The notes beneath the pieces were generated by a model, which did not search any database, was not told the origin of the DNA, and saw nothing but the letters and a program-made list of their open reading frames with translations. Shown here piece by piece: positions 19,780-30,107 of a stretch of DNA of 61,070 nucleotides. Within the stretch, counting starts at the first letter, position 1. Each line of letters opens with the position of its first letter. Origin of the DNA: Candidatus Krumholzibacteriales bacterium (GTDB lineage: Bacteria; Krumholzibacteriota; Krumholzibacteriia; Krumholzibacteriales; WJIX01); the NCBI GenBank assembly GCA_046483305.1, contig JAWODM010000045.1, forward strand, positions 1 through 61,070, written 5' to 3'. The position numbers were made by a program, and so were the translations under genes.

Positions 19780-21207
19780 TTGCTGGGTTTGATACTGTTC
19801 GCCCTGATACTGCTTCTGCCCGCTCCGGAAGAGATGAGCCCGGAAGCGAAGAAAACGGCGGCAGTGGCGGTCCTTATGGGGGTCTGGTGGATCACTGAGG
19901 CGATACCCATTGCGGTAACCGCCCTCCTGCCGGTGGCCCTGTTCCCGATACTGGGAGTCACCTCTTCCGCCGAAGCGGCTTCTGCGTACGCCAACCATCT
20001 GATTTTCCTGTTCATGGGAGGGTTCATTATCGCCCTGGCAATGCAGAAGTGGAATCTTCACAGGAGAATAGCCCTCCGGATCATTAATCTGGTCGGAACC
20101 AGCCCGCTGAGAATAATTCTGGGCTTCATGATAGCTACCGCTTTCCTCTCCATGTGGGTCTCAAATACAGCCACCACAATTATGATGGTGCCGATCGGAA
20201 TGGCCGTAATAGGATACTTCTGCGATGAGAATTCCGAAGGCGGCGACCCGAATTTCTCGCTGTCGCTGATGCTGGGAATAGCCTACTCCGCTTCGGTGGG
20301 GGGTATAGGGACGTTGATCGGCACCCCTCCGAATCTGGTCCTGGCCAATACCCTGGAAAAGATGTATGACCGGACAATCGGGTTCGCGGAGTGGTTCGCA
20401 ATCGGCTTCCCCCTGGTGGTAATCATGATCCCGCTTATCTGGATCTGGCTGACCAGGGTAATTTATCCACCCGGGAAACTGGACCGGCACACCTCGGTGA
20501 TAGGGGATGAAATCAGCAAACTGGGGCCCGCCGGAAGGGGGGAGAAGATAACTCTGGTTATCTTCATACTCACCGCCGCCTGCTGGATCTTCAGGCAGAC
20601 CAAGGTGATAGGGGGACTGGTAATACCCGGGCTGGACCGGCTGATGCCGAACATCTCCGACTCGGCCATAGCCGTATTCTTCGCCTCAATAATGTTCCTG
20701 ATACCGGTAAAGAGGGACCGGCTGGAATTCCTGATGGACTGGGAACACGCAAGCAAACTCCCCTGGGGCATTCTGCTTCTCTTCGGAGGCGGGCTTTCCC
20801 TGGCCGGCGGATTCAGGATTTCCGGCCTGGCCAGGTGGATAGGCAGCAGGGTCAGATTCTTCTCCGACACCCCGGAGATAGTGCTGATCGGCGTGGTTAT
20901 ACTCATAATAATATTCCTGACCGAGATGACCTCGAATACCGCCACCACGGCGATGGTCCTTCCTATTCTCGGATCGGTGGCCGTGGGGCTGGGAAAGGAT
21001 CCCATGATCCTGCTGGCTCCCGCGGCAATCGCCGCTTCCTGCGCCTACATGCTCCCGGTTGCCACCCCGCCCAACGCCATTATATTCGGAAGCGGGTGCG
21101 TCACGATTCCGCAGATGTCCAAAGCCGGATTCTTCCTGAACCTGATATCCATAGCCGTGATTCTGCTTCTTACCTACTTCTACATAATTCCGGTGATGAT
21201 CAGGTAA
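19780..21207 (+). CDS. DASS/SLC13 sodium:dicarboxylate/sulfate symporter
   Basis: SMWVSNTATT, IGTPPN, TEMTSNTAT and MLPVATPPNAI motifs; start uncertain (see findings). Confidence 0.93.
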   Translation: MLGLILFALILLLPAPEEMSPEAKKTAAVAVLMGVWWITEAIPIAVTALLPVALFPILGVTSSAEAASAYANHLIFLFMGGFIIALAMQKWNLHRRIALRIINLVGTSPLRIILGFMIATAFLSMWVSNTATTIMMVPIGMAVIGYFCDENSEGGDPNFSLSLMLGIAYSASVGGIGTLIGTPPNLVLANTLEKMYDRTIGFAEWFAIGFPLVVIMIPLIWIWLTRVIYPPGKLDRHTSVIGDEISKLGPAGRGEKITLVIFILTAACWIFRQTKVIGGLVIPGLDRLMPNISDSAIAVFFASIMFLIPVKRDRLEFLMDWEHASKLPWGILLLFGGGLSLAGGFRISGLARWIGSRVRFFSDTPEIVLIGVVILIIIFLTEMTSNTATTAMVLPILGSVAVGLGKDPMILLAPAAIAASCAYMLPVATPPNAIIFGSGCVTIPQMSKAGFFLNLISIAVILLLTYFYIIPVMIR

Positions 21208-21211
21208 CGGC

Positions 21212-22693
21212 TCAGTACTTGCCGGTATTCTGATTATCGTGCCGGAAAGTCGGCCAGGGGGTGGAGGCATAACCGCTGCTGGAGCTTTCCACCGCATAGA
21301 TATTCCCGGTGTATATATAATTCGAGTCGCTGCTGACGGTGCCGATATAAATGGTCCCGTCGTAATCTATAACCGGAGAAGACCAGTTTACCCCGTACTC
21401 CAGCTGCACCTTCCAGTTGAGTGTCCCGTCCGGGTTCAGGCAGTACAGGAATCCGGTCTCTCCCCCGAAGTATATCAGGCCGTCCGCTCCCACCGAGGGA
21501 GTGGAATATATATCATCCGGGGTCTGGTGTACCCCCTCCACGGAGTACTCCCAGATAACCGTACCCGAGGGCGACATCGCTATCAGGGAGCCCTCGTAAC
21601 CGGCAGACCCTGCCCTGGTGGCTATATACACAGTCCCATCCGGCCCGATAACCGGAGAGGCTCTGACAAAGCGGCTGCCGGGCACCTGGTATCTCCATTT
21701 GCGGCTGCCGTTTGCCCTGAAGGCATAAACGAATGAACCCTGATAGCTCTCCACTCCCAGATAAATATCTCCCTGCCCGTCTATCGCCGGAGCGGAGAAT
21801 GACATCTCGTAGGCATACTCGAAACCGTTTCTCCACCTTGCGGAGCCATCCGCCGGATTAACGGCGTAAATGCTGTCCTGGCCTATCACTATATATATTG
21901 TGCCGTCCGGGCCCACCGAGGGTGACGCCTTGCATTCCTTGGCTCCCCTCTTGAAGTGCCAGCGGGGCTGCGCGTCAGCCGGATCAAGAGCATAGAGCCC
22001 GTCAGCGGGAACCAGCACCGAGCCGTCGGCGGCGATAGCCGGATTCCGCTGGCCCACCTCGGGCCTGGGGTGATCGGACTCCCAGTCGTTGAAGGACCAG
22101 AGCAATACCCCCGAGGAACTGAAAGCGTAGCAGGTATTGGTGGAATCCTGAACGAAAACCCTGCCGGCGGTACCTATCACCGGGGAAAAGACATAACCTG
22201 GAAGAGGGTAACTCCAATTGAGGTTGCCCCCGGTATCCAGGGCGTAAAGGCGGTTTTCCGGATGTACCCCCGGAGGGTATGGATTCAGGAAGATCCCGGT
22301 ACCGAAATAGAGAGTCCGGTCGTACCCTATCGCTGGAGTGGAATAGTAAACCGCCTTGCTGACCGGGAATACCCACTTTACCGCTTTCCTGCACCTGGCG
22401 GTTAATGAACAGCTCCCGGCCATCACCAGGTAGCTGTCCGCCGGAACCATTTCGGAATCGACATGAACAGACAGTTCGGCAAAGCCGGAATCGAGCGAAT
22501 AACTGTAACTTACAGTATCTCCGGGTGAATGTTTACGGATACCTGCCGGGGGCGACCCATGAATCCCGGCATCCAGGGTCACCGTTAAATCAAGAAGGCC
22601 ATCCTGTCCTCCGTCACCGGGTTCTTCCGGGCTCTCCCCGCAGGAGCAGAGAATCAGCACAGCTGCCGCGAGAACGGCCGCAATTCTCTTCAT
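21212..22693 (-). CDS. Lipoprotein with PQQ-like beta-propeller repeats
   Basis: Lipobox ILCSC; repeated SP.IGPDGTIY / LYAL.PDG..KW units; C-terminal WPTFRHDNQNTG. Confidence 0.85.
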   Translation of the reverse strand: MKRIAAVLAAAVLILCSCGESPEEPGDGGQDGLLDLTVTLDAGIHGSPPAGIRKHSPGDTVSYSYSLDSGFAELSVHVDSEMVPADSYLVMAGSCSLTARCRKAVKWVFPVSKAVYYSTPAIGYDRTLYFGTGIFLNPYPPGVHPENRLYALDTGGNLNWSYPLPGYVFSPVIGTAGRVFVQDSTNTCYAFSSSGVLLWSFNDWESDHPRPEVGQRNPAIAADGSVLVPADGLYALDPADAQPRWHFKRGAKECKASPSVGPDGTIYIVIGQDSIYAVNPADGSARWRNGFEYAYEMSFSAPAIDGQGDIYLGVESYQGSFVYAFRANGSRKWRYQVPGSRFVRASPVIGPDGTVYIATRAGSAGYEGSLIAMSPSGTVIWEYSVEGVHQTPDDIYSTPSVGADGLIYFGGETGFLYCLNPDGTLNWKVQLEYGVNWSSPVIDYDGTIYIGTVSSDSNYIYTGNIYAVESSSSGYASTPWPTFRHDNQNTGKY

Positions 22694-22709
22694 TTCAATC
22701 CCCTCCTTA

Positions 22710-24254
22710 TCAGTCCTTTTCTGATCTTCTATATAGATAAAAAGCCAGAAATATCACCGCGAAGCAGAGATATCCGAATGCATATCTCCCGCCCGCCGCC
22801 CATCCTATCACACTGACCGTATCATTAATGGAAAAGCTGAAGGTATGCATTATCCCGAAGAAAGCCAGTATCATTCCGGCAGATGACCAGATAACCGCCT
22901 TCATGAAATCCTTCTCGATCAGGAAAACGCTGACCGCCGCCAGTATCATTGACGAGAATATGAACCCCTTCTCCAGGGCGAACATCCCCATTACCCCGTT
23001 AATGGGGATACCGGCCGCCGCCTGTTCCGACAGAGTGGTCCCGGCTCCCCGGTAGGCCTGCTTGAGGATATTAACTCCCCAGGCAGCGAAAGCGGGGAAC
23101 AGCCCGATGACCACCGCCGGAGCATGCCTCCGGGGTGTGGCCTGAAAAGCCTGCGCGGCGATCATAATCCCTATCCAGAAAACTATCGCAATGCCCGCTT
23201 CCATCGGCACCACCGAATTAATCAGCTTGACCGCCCCGGTCATGGTTATAACCACAAAGAATATTCCGTTAAGAAGCGAATATCCGGTTCTGGCCCCCAG
23301 CCCTTTCCAGCCGGGGTGCCCGATGTAAATAGTGGTGGGAAAACAGGAACCGAAGAAAGACGCCAGCAGCGAACCTATTCCGTTCACTGCCAGGGAAGGC
23401 CTGGTTTCGTACCTGTCTCCGGCGGCCTCGGCGCTTTCCAGGTTCTGAATCGAACCGAAAACATTGAACAGCGCCATGGGAATAATAATGGAGAGATACC
23501 TGAACGCGTAACCGCTGCTGAGAATTTCCAGGAGGCTCCCTCCCGAGAAACGGGGCGGAATCAGCTCCGCTTCCGAAACTGCTTCTTTTACGCCCCCCAT
23601 ATCCATGAGCCCGAAGAGCCATGCCAGCGCCGTTCCGGCAATCAAAGCCACCATGCCCCCGGGAAGCCCCAGCGGGAATTTCACTTTGGAGAAATACTGA
23701 ATCAGGATAATCGCCAGCGGAAGCATCGCTATAAGGGGCCTGTCAAATGTCTGCAGCGCGAAATCCATGGAAATAAAGGTAATGGCGATCCCGGCGAGGG
23801 TTGACAGCAGCGCGGCCCGCGGAGTAATCCTTCTGAGAGTATCCATGAAAAAGGCGGAGCCGAATTCAATTATTCCGCTGAAGAAACAGGCCAGAAGCCC
23901 TACTTTCCAGGCAGCCTGGTAACTGCCGGTCTCGCGGTAAACCGGGCCCATTATGAATATAAGGTAGGCGAACAGGCTGACCGTGTTTATCCCGTAGGGC
24001 AGGGCGGTAACATCATCCCTGCCTTCTTTCCTGGCAAGTTTCCTGGCCTGCCAGGAGTAGAACAGGTTCCCCGCAATCAGCGAAAGCGCAGCCCCTGGCA
24101 GTATTCTGGTCAGCACGAAATCGGGCGGGATCCCCGCTATTACCGGGCACAGCGATATAATAAGAAGAAACTGTATCAGGTTGTCGATTGCCAGCCCGAA
24201 GAAGCCGTCTATGTCCTTTTTAACTACCCAGGAATAAGCGGAATCATTACTCAT
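22710..24254 (-). CDS. NCS2-related permease
   Basis: DIDGFFGL, TALPYG, ESAEAAGD and TTIYIGHPGWK motifs; many TM segments. Confidence 0.85.
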   Translation of the reverse strand: MSNDSAYSWVVKKDIDGFFGLAIDNLIQFLLIISLCPVIAGIPPDFVLTRILPGAALSLIAGNLFYSWQARKLARKEGRDDVTALPYGINTVSLFAYLIFIMGPVYRETGSYQAAWKVGLLACFFSGIIEFGSAFFMDTLRRITPRAALLSTLAGIAITFISMDFALQTFDRPLIAMLPLAIILIQYFSKVKFPLGLPGGMVALIAGTALAWLFGLMDMGGVKEAVSEAELIPPRFSGGSLLEILSSGYAFRYLSIIIPMALFNVFGSIQNLESAEAAGDRYETRPSLAVNGIGSLLASFFGSCFPTTIYIGHPGWKGLGARTGYSLLNGIFFVVITMTGAVKLINSVVPMEAGIAIVFWIGIMIAAQAFQATPRRHAPAVVIGLFPAFAAWGVNILKQAYRGAGTTLSEQAAAGIPINGVMGMFALEKGFIFSSMILAAVSVFLIEKDFMKAVIWSSAGMILAFFGIMHTFSFSINDTVSVIGWAAGGRYAFGYLCFAVIFLAFYLYRRSEKD

Positions 24255-24389
24255 AATCTCTCCCCGAAGATTAGAATAAGATATTTAAACTTCCTCTATC
24301 TCTATTGACTGATTCTACACTTTACCGTAAGGTTATTACAACGATTAGTTATCCAGAATAAAGGTTTAAGAGCGGGGAGGTTACCGGAT

Positions 24390-25679
24390 ATGTTACCGGC
24401 CCGGTTTTCATTAACAGTTTTATTGGCAATTTTGTTAATAATTTTTATTTTCCCCGCCTGCGATGAGGACGAGGATATTCCCTCCGCAGGGCAATCCTAC
24501 CTCAGTATCGTAAGCGGCAACAATCAGAATGAGAGAACCGGCGCCCTCCTGCCTCAACCTCTGGTGGTCCGGGCTGCCGATCTTGCCGGAAACAACCAGC
24601 CGGGAATAACTGTCCGTTTCTCAACGGCCGATTCGGCGGCTACCGTAAATCCTTCCCGGGCAATTACAGACGGCGGCGGGCTCGCTTCCTGCAGCTTCCT
24701 GCTGGGAGGAAAGGCGGGGCTTCAGCATGTCAGCGCGACCACTGACAACGACAGCACCACTTTCACCGCAGTGGCCGAAGAGCCCGGTTGCGTCGAGGAA
24801 TCGCTGATGCCGGCAGATCACTGGGATAAGGGCCATATCTATATATGCACTACCAGTTCGTCGCTTTTAGGTTCGGGTATGACTTCGGTTATCATCGATT
24901 TCGATCCTGTCTCAGAGGACGCCGTAAAGGTTCTGGACACTGCTGAAGAACTTATAGATATCGCCTTCTCTCCCCGGGGAGAGCTTTTCGCCGCCACCGA
25001 CAGCGGGATATTCAAGGTCAATCCCCAGACTATGCTGCTGGAAAGCTATAAATCTCTGCCCTCGGAGATGGATATTGAGATGGCCGAAAACCCGGGAGGG
25101 GTACTGCTCTGCGTTAACAGCGGCCAGCTGTTTACGGTATTCTGCGATTCGGAAGAGCTGGAGATGACATCGCTGCCGCCGTCCCCGATCAGTTACGAGA
25201 ACCTGGCGCTGGATAAGCATAGCAGAGACGCCTATTACATGCATTCCACCTCGAACTACGCGGAAATCCACAAGATGTCATGGGACGGAAGGGATATAGG
25301 CAGCGCCTCCTTTGAAACCATGGAGGGTTTCACCCTGGCCAGCTCTTCAGTAAGGGGGATGGCAACTGATTCAACGGGAGCGGTCTATATCACCGTGGAT
25401 GGGAATGAGAGCCAGAGAGAAATCAGGAAATTCGATCCGCAGAGCAACAGCGTAAGCAATTTCTTCGATTTTTACGACCACTTCCTGGGGAATAATACCA
25501 ACGCCGGCAGGTGGGGAGACCTCACTGTCTGTGACGGCGTTATATACATAATTGACAGGCGTAACGACAGAATGGCATATATATCCCTGGAGGGTAATTA
25601 CCTGGGAGATATGGAATCCCCCGAATTCAGTCTTCCTGGAATTGAAAATGAAAGATACGGGATAGCTTCTATTCCTTGA
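24390..25679 (+). CDS. Lipoprotein with Ig-like (Big_1-type) domain and propeller-like C-terminus
   Basis: Lipobox FPAC; SGNNQ..G..LPQPLVV and TDGGGLA motifs. Confidence 0.7.
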   Translation: MLPARFSLTVLLAILLIIFIFPACDEDEDIPSAGQSYLSIVSGNNQNERTGALLPQPLVVRAADLAGNNQPGITVRFSTADSAATVNPSRAITDGGGLASCSFLLGGKAGLQHVSATTDNDSTTFTAVAEEPGCVEESLMPADHWDKGHIYICTTSSSLLGSGMTSVIIDFDPVSEDAVKVLDTAEELIDIAFSPRGELFAATDSGIFKVNPQTMLLESYKSLPSEMDIEMAENPGGVLLCVNSGQLFTVFCDSEELEMTSLPPSPISYENLALDKHSRDAYYMHSTSNYAEIHKMSWDGRDIGSASFETMEGFTLASSSVRGMATDSTGAVYITVDGNESQREIRKFDPQSNSVSNFFDFYDHFLGNNTNAGRWGDLTVCDGVIYIIDRRNDRMAYISLEGNYLGDMESPEFSLPGIENERYGIASIP

Positions 25680-26010
25680 AACTGGCTATCGCTTCGTCCT
25701 CTGAATCGTAGACATCGAAGATTACATTTAGGCGGGTAACCTGAAGTATTCCCAGAATCCTGTCATTGGGTTCGCATAGTTTTACTATGCCGCCCTCTTT
25801 GGCAAGGCTAGATCTGGCCGAGACAAGGATACCCAGGCCGGTACTTGATATCCATTTTACCCTGGAAAGATTAATAACTATATCCAGTTTGTCCTTGGAG
25901 GCAAGGTCCTTCACTATATCGACAAGCTCAAGATTCTTCTGGCCGCCGTGCATTTCTCCTGAGAGTTTCAGAACGGTTATGCCGGCTTTCTCTTTTACCT
26001 TAATCTTCAT
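25669..26010 (-). CDS. STAS domain anti-sigma factor antagonist
   Basis: INLSRVKWISSTGLGILV with the conserved phospho-Ser; LQVTRL. Confidence 0.9.
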   Translation of the reverse strand: MKIKVKEKAGITVLKLSGEMHGGQKNLELVDIVKDLASKDKLDIVINLSRVKWISSTGLGILVSARSSLAKEGGIVKLCEPNDRILGILQVTRLNVIFDVYDSEDEAIASFKE

Positions 26011-26034
26011 AATAAATCTCCCTGGCAGTATTAT

Positions 26035-26382
26035 TTAACTGTGTATTTCTTCAATCGCTTCTTCTACGCTGTCATATTCTTCGAATACGGCGGGGATAAG
26101 CCCGCAGGTCTTGAGGACTACCCTGGCCCTGTCAGAGATATCCACCATGGCGATCAGGCCGTCCTCTCTCTTAACAGAAGCATAAGTAGCTATCAGGACA
26201 CCAGCTCCAAGGGAATTGATCCAGCTTACATCTTCCATATCAAGAACCGAGAACTTCTTCCCCTCGCCGAGGGCATCCTTGAGCATCTGCTGAAGCTTCT
26301 GAGATTCAGGCCCGCCGTCCAGCTGCCCTTCCAGCTTTAAAACCAGGACACCGTTCTCTTCCCTCTTCTCTATTTTAAGCAT
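26035..26382 (-). CDS. STAS domain anti-sigma factor antagonist
   Basis: LDMEDVSWINSLGAGVLI; tandem paralog of the adjacent gene. Confidence 0.88.
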   Translation of the reverse strand: MLKIEKREENGVLVLKLEGQLDGGPESQKLQQMLKDALGEGKKFSVLDMEDVSWINSLGAGVLIATYASVKREDGLIAMVDISDRARVVLKTCGLIPAVFEEYDSVEEAIEEIHS

Positions 26383-26508
26383 TTAGACTCCTCTCCATAC
26401 TACTATTTTCCCGTACCCTTCAAAATACTATTTACTTTGATATTATACAAATATATTTTTTACAATATACCTTACAACCAGTTATCCTCTATTGTCAAGA
26501 ACGATGAT

Positions 26509-27531
26509 TTACTCCAGGCTGACTGTACGGTCCCCCCTGATCACTTTTCCCATCCTTACCGGCTCCCAGCGGAGGCCGCCTGCGCCGGCCAGTTTCTCTT
26601 CATCCTCTTCCCTGATAATGAAAACCATGCCTATGCCCATATTGAATACCCTGAACATTTCATCCCCGGAGACTCCGCCCTTCTCTTTCAGGAAATCGAA
26701 CAGCGGGGGCACCTCCCAGGAAGAGGTATCAATTTGTACTGAAGTTTTTCCTGGCAGCACTCTCGGTATGTTTTCAATTACCCCACCTCCGGTTATGTGT
26801 ATCAGGCCCCTGATTTCCACCTTCTCCATAAGCGCTTTCACTTCAGGAAGATAGCTCCGGTGGACCTCCAGCAGCTCTTCAGCCACCGTCCGCCCGGTCC
26901 CCGGTATTTCGTCTCCAACATCCATCCCCTGATCTTCGAAAATAATCTTTCTGGCAAGAGAATAGCCGTTGGTGTGCAGTCCGCTGGAGGGGAAACCGTA
27001 CACGGCGTCGCCCTCCCTGATGGAACTTCCGTCAATTATTTTCGACTTTTCCACCATGCCGACTATGGCGCCGGCCAGATCGTACTCTCCCTCGGAATAA
27101 AAACCGGGCATCTCCGCTGTCTCTCCCCCTATCAGGGCGCAGCCGTTTCTTTCGCATCCGGCCGCAAAACCTGAAATAATCTGCTCCACCACGCCCGGGT
27201 CCAGTCTGCCGGTTCCCAGGTAATCGAGAAAGAACAGAGGCTCCGCGCCCTGAACCAGAATGTCGTTAACACAGTGATTTACCAGGTCTTCGCCAACGGT
27301 GTCATGCCTGCCGCAGCGGAATGCCACCTTGAGTTTGGTTCCCACGCCGTCAACGCTTGAAACCAGAACCGGCTGCCTGTAACCTTCGGGAACCCTGAAC
27401 AGCCCTCCGAAACTCCCCGTCTCGGAAAGAACATTCCGGTTCCAGGTTTTTCTGATTAATTTTCCGGCCCGTTTCATCGCCCTGCCGGCGGCATCGATAT
27501 CAACGCCGGATTCCCTGTATTTCGAATGCAT
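26509..27531 (-). CDS. purM: Phosphoribosylformylglycinamidine cyclo-ligase
   Basis: YRESGVDI, DGVGTK, GGETAEMPG, SSGLHTNGYSL, HITGGG and FNMGIG motifs. Confidence 0.97.
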   Translation of the reverse strand: MHSKYRESGVDIDAAGRAMKRAGKLIRKTWNRNVLSETGSFGGLFRVPEGYRQPVLVSSVDGVGTKLKVAFRCGRHDTVGEDLVNHCVNDILVQGAEPLFFLDYLGTGRLDPGVVEQIISGFAAGCERNGCALIGGETAEMPGFYSEGEYDLAGAIVGMVEKSKIIDGSSIREGDAVYGFPSSGLHTNGYSLARKIIFEDQGMDVGDEIPGTGRTVAEELLEVHRSYLPEVKALMEKVEIRGLIHITGGGVIENIPRVLPGKTSVQIDTSSWEVPPLFDFLKEKGGVSGDEMFRVFNMGIGMVFIIREEDEEKLAGAGGLRWEPVRMGKVIRGDRTVSLE

Positions 27532-27680
27532 TCTCAAATCTCCATTCCTGTCAGATTTATTTCAAAACTATTCCCAGCACTATTATAATGATTTGCGCAG
27601 AGGTTTCCATAACCAATTTTCAAAACCGGCGGGAATAGGAAGAGAGATCATGACCCGCCTCCTGCTTTAAGGATGCTTCT

Positions 27681-27959
27681 TTGTTTTGGGGAGGATGCGT
27701 GGGCGGCTCTCCGGGAGGCGGTGAAGTCTGTGCAGGGGGGGAAGAGAAAGAAGAAGAACTACAGGAAGAATTAATAACAGAGATAGAGATCCGGGAAAAG
27801 ACTGAGGTTGAATATGCATCTGGCGAGGAAATCTTTTTCAGGAGAAAGCCCTGGTACGAGAAGCAGAGATGGAACGAGATCCTGGATGAGAGAACCCGCT
27901 GGGTAGACCTCAGTAAGGAGAACCAGAAGAAGCTGATTAAACTTATCGGAAGGAGGTAA
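27681..27959 (+). CDS. Hypothetical protein fragment
   Basis: Charged, protein-like C-terminal half; N-terminus looks spurious; lies at the islet edge. Confidence 0.3.
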   Translation: MFWGGCVGGSPGGGEVCAGGEEKEEELQEELITEIEIREKTEVEYASGEEIFFRRKPWYEKQRWNEILDERTRWVDLSKENQKKLIKLIGRR

Positions 27960-28035
27960 AGTAATGGACACATGAGAGCTTAAAGCTATAATAACCTTCT
28001 GTAACTAAAAACCAAATTAGAAAGGAGGTTATCTC

Positions 28036-28130
28036 ATGTGCCCATATACATATTACGAAATTATGAGAAAAAGTAAAGACCCAAAACAGCTGCGTCATCA
28101 AATGATAATCTGCGCCGTTTCAGAGGGAAC
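28036..28130 (+). pseudogene. N-terminal remnant of a transposase (IS481-like, tentative)
   Basis: Strong RBS AAGGAGG inside an ATAACCTTCT/GGAGGTTAT hairpin. YYEIMRKSKDPKQLRHQMI resembles transposase N-termini and then degenerates. Confidence 0.5.
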
Positions 28131-28183
28131 CTCCTCGTATTTTACGCTCCTCCATAACCTCTCTATCATGATATCGCGGCTTA

Positions 28184-28408
28184 TTAGAGATAGTCATTGT
28201 CGAAGTTATTGTACCAATCCACTTCACTATCGTTCATAATAATGGATGCAAAACACTCAAGGTTGGCGCTTATGTTCATCCATTTGTGATAGATAGCATT
28301 GTAACAAGAAGCCGTATCAAACATGGCCTTCGCTGGCCCTACCACAGTAGTGATCACGATAATAACTACGACTACAAGAAACAGTGATTGTCTACTCACT
28401 TTAATCAC
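28184..28408 (-). CDS. Small secreted peptide with two cysteines
   Basis: GTG start overlapping the upstream stop (GGAGGTGATTAA); signal peptide ending AKA; 46-aa mature part. Confidence 0.6.
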   Translation of the reverse strand: MIKVSRQSLFLVVVVIIVITTVVGPAKAMFDTASCYNAIYHKWMNISANLECFASIIMNDSEVDWYNNFDNDYL

Positions 28409-28928
28409 CTCCTAATACGTTCAAATTTAAAATCCTACAAGACACTATCTTTTCCGGATATTTTTCAAACTCAAACTTGGCGAACATCACAACTTCTTTT
28501 TTCGGTGTCATAAAATATCGATTCTCAAGTCCTGGTAATGCAGTATATCTGTGCTCATCACACCATCTAATACCACTATCTTCTTGCGTATCTATAAGGA
28601 AACAGCGCTTACTAATTACAGAGTATCTCTCACCATCCGATTCATATGTAAACACTATTTGCGTCTTGGGTAGCCATTGAAGCCCCCTCCCTTTATCTAT
28701 TTGAAGCACGAAACATGTAATTGAACTCGGATCATTTGCCGCAAGATATCTAAACGGTTTCATGTTGGTTACTATTTCAGGATAAGCATTCAGCAACCAC
28801 ATCCCGCTTCTTATTGACGTAATCGCCCAGCCATTTCCTTCATAGTAAACCTTATAAGAGTTAGATGCCGCAAGTAAACTTGGTATTACAATCATAACTA
28901 AAACTACTAAAATAAATGTTCTCTTCAT
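28401..28928 (-). CDS. Secreted hypothetical protein
   Basis: RBS GAAGGAG; signal peptide MKRTFILVVLVMIVIPSLLA; 175-aa ORF in AT-rich DNA. Confidence 0.75.
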   Translation of the reverse strand: MKRTFILVVLVMIVIPSLLAASNSYKVYYEGNGWAITSIRSGMWLLNAYPEIVTNMKPFRYLAANDPSSITCFVLQIDKGRGLQWLPKTQIVFTYESDGERYSVISKRCFLIDTQEDSGIRWCDEHRYTALPGLENRYFMTPKKEVVMFAKFEFEKYPEKIVSCRILNLNVLGGD

Positions 28929-29405
28929 TTTCTCCTTCCCTTACATATATTTAAAACTCGAACATAATCAGAGATACTTTTTGTTCTACATTGACATTCG
29001 AGACAGCAGTAATCTCGTGATTTTATGTTATTCATATAGATTCGCACCTGCTCCTTTTAGCCACTTGGAGTAAAGAAAACACAGATATTTTAATTACAAT
29101 TCAAAGTCCCGCGGGGGTTATTCCAATGATTTATTCTATTCTCTTTTATTTTAAATTGTCAAATAGTGTTTAATGCCATAAATACCTTCTAATTGGAACT
29201 AACCATTGCTGCTTAATCTATTATTAATCGCATGCAGTGTTCCAAAGAGTGAGATAAATAATAATCTATTGAAAATATTCAGCTGCTGCATGCCTGCTGA
29301 TTCTTTATCTTCTTTCATTAAAGGAAATTATAAATCAGGAAATATTTCAGGGAAATTGTAATTTTTCTTATTATAGGTGTTATTCATAGGATTCTGGTTA
29401 TCTCC

Positions 29406-29533
29406 GAAAGTGTCCCATGGGACACTTTCATGGGACACTTTTTCTACCTGATTATACGTAACTGCAGATAATTATGTGCGTTATACAGACTGTCCCCTCC
29501 GATGGGACAGTTGGGACACTTGGGACACTTTTT
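29406..29533. repeat. Cluster of TGGGACA(C) repeats including a perfect 24-bp palindrome
   Basis: GAAAGTGTCCCATGGGACACTTTC at 29406-29429; TGGGACA at 29418, 29431, 29503, 29512 and 29521; TGTCCC at 29411 and 29491. Confidence 0.8.
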
Positions 29534-29604
29534 ACGATAAATCTTAGAAAATAAAGTGGCTTAGAGCTTTTGAAAGCCAACTTTCAGATTCTCGATGTTT
29601 CTGC

Positions 29605-30107
29605 TTGGAGGGAACTCCGACAGATGAAGACATTCTTAATTTACCTGAAGAGCTGCGTCCCGAGATCATCAATGACAGAGGACAGCGGATGAAGGCAAAA
29701 TCGATCAAACGGTTATTCAAGGCCAACAACATGCTGCAGCTGTTCGCAAGACCGCGAACCCTCAATGATAACCCTTTCATAGAATCAATGTTCGGCACTG
29801 TAAAATGCGCTCCTGAGTTACCGGATGAATTCAACGTTCGTATGGATGCAGAGGATTATTTCAGCCGTTACGTTCGGTGGTACAACAAAGAGCGTTATCA
29901 TTCCGGGATTGATTTTATGTAATCCCGGATCAATGCTACCGGGGATTAGGAGAGGAAATTATCTCTGAGCGGAAAGACAGGTTTGAGGAACAGATCAAAT
30001 TAAGAAAGGAGGGGAATCGAATAAGGCTAAACAAATTGACTGTGGACAGAATCGGGGATATAATCAGCCCCGATCAGATCAAGATTTGTAGTGTAATAGA
30101 TTCCTGA
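29605..30107 (+). pseudogene. IS3-like transposase (integrase core) C-terminal remnant, frameshifted
   Basis: INDRGQRM, RPRTLNDNPFIESMFGTVK and WYNKERYHSGI motifs. Continues in another frame as YVIPDQCYRG...IDS* to 30107. Confidence 0.85.

Noticed and set aside
29451..29483. dif-like sequence (CGCACATAA...TTACGTATAAT on the minus strand)
   Set aside because: The arm spacing is 10 bp rather than the 6 bp required for XerC/XerD sites.
29406..29533. Possible CRISPR array
   Set aside because: Repeats are only 6-13 bp, occur in both orientations, lack regular spacers, and no cas genes are present.
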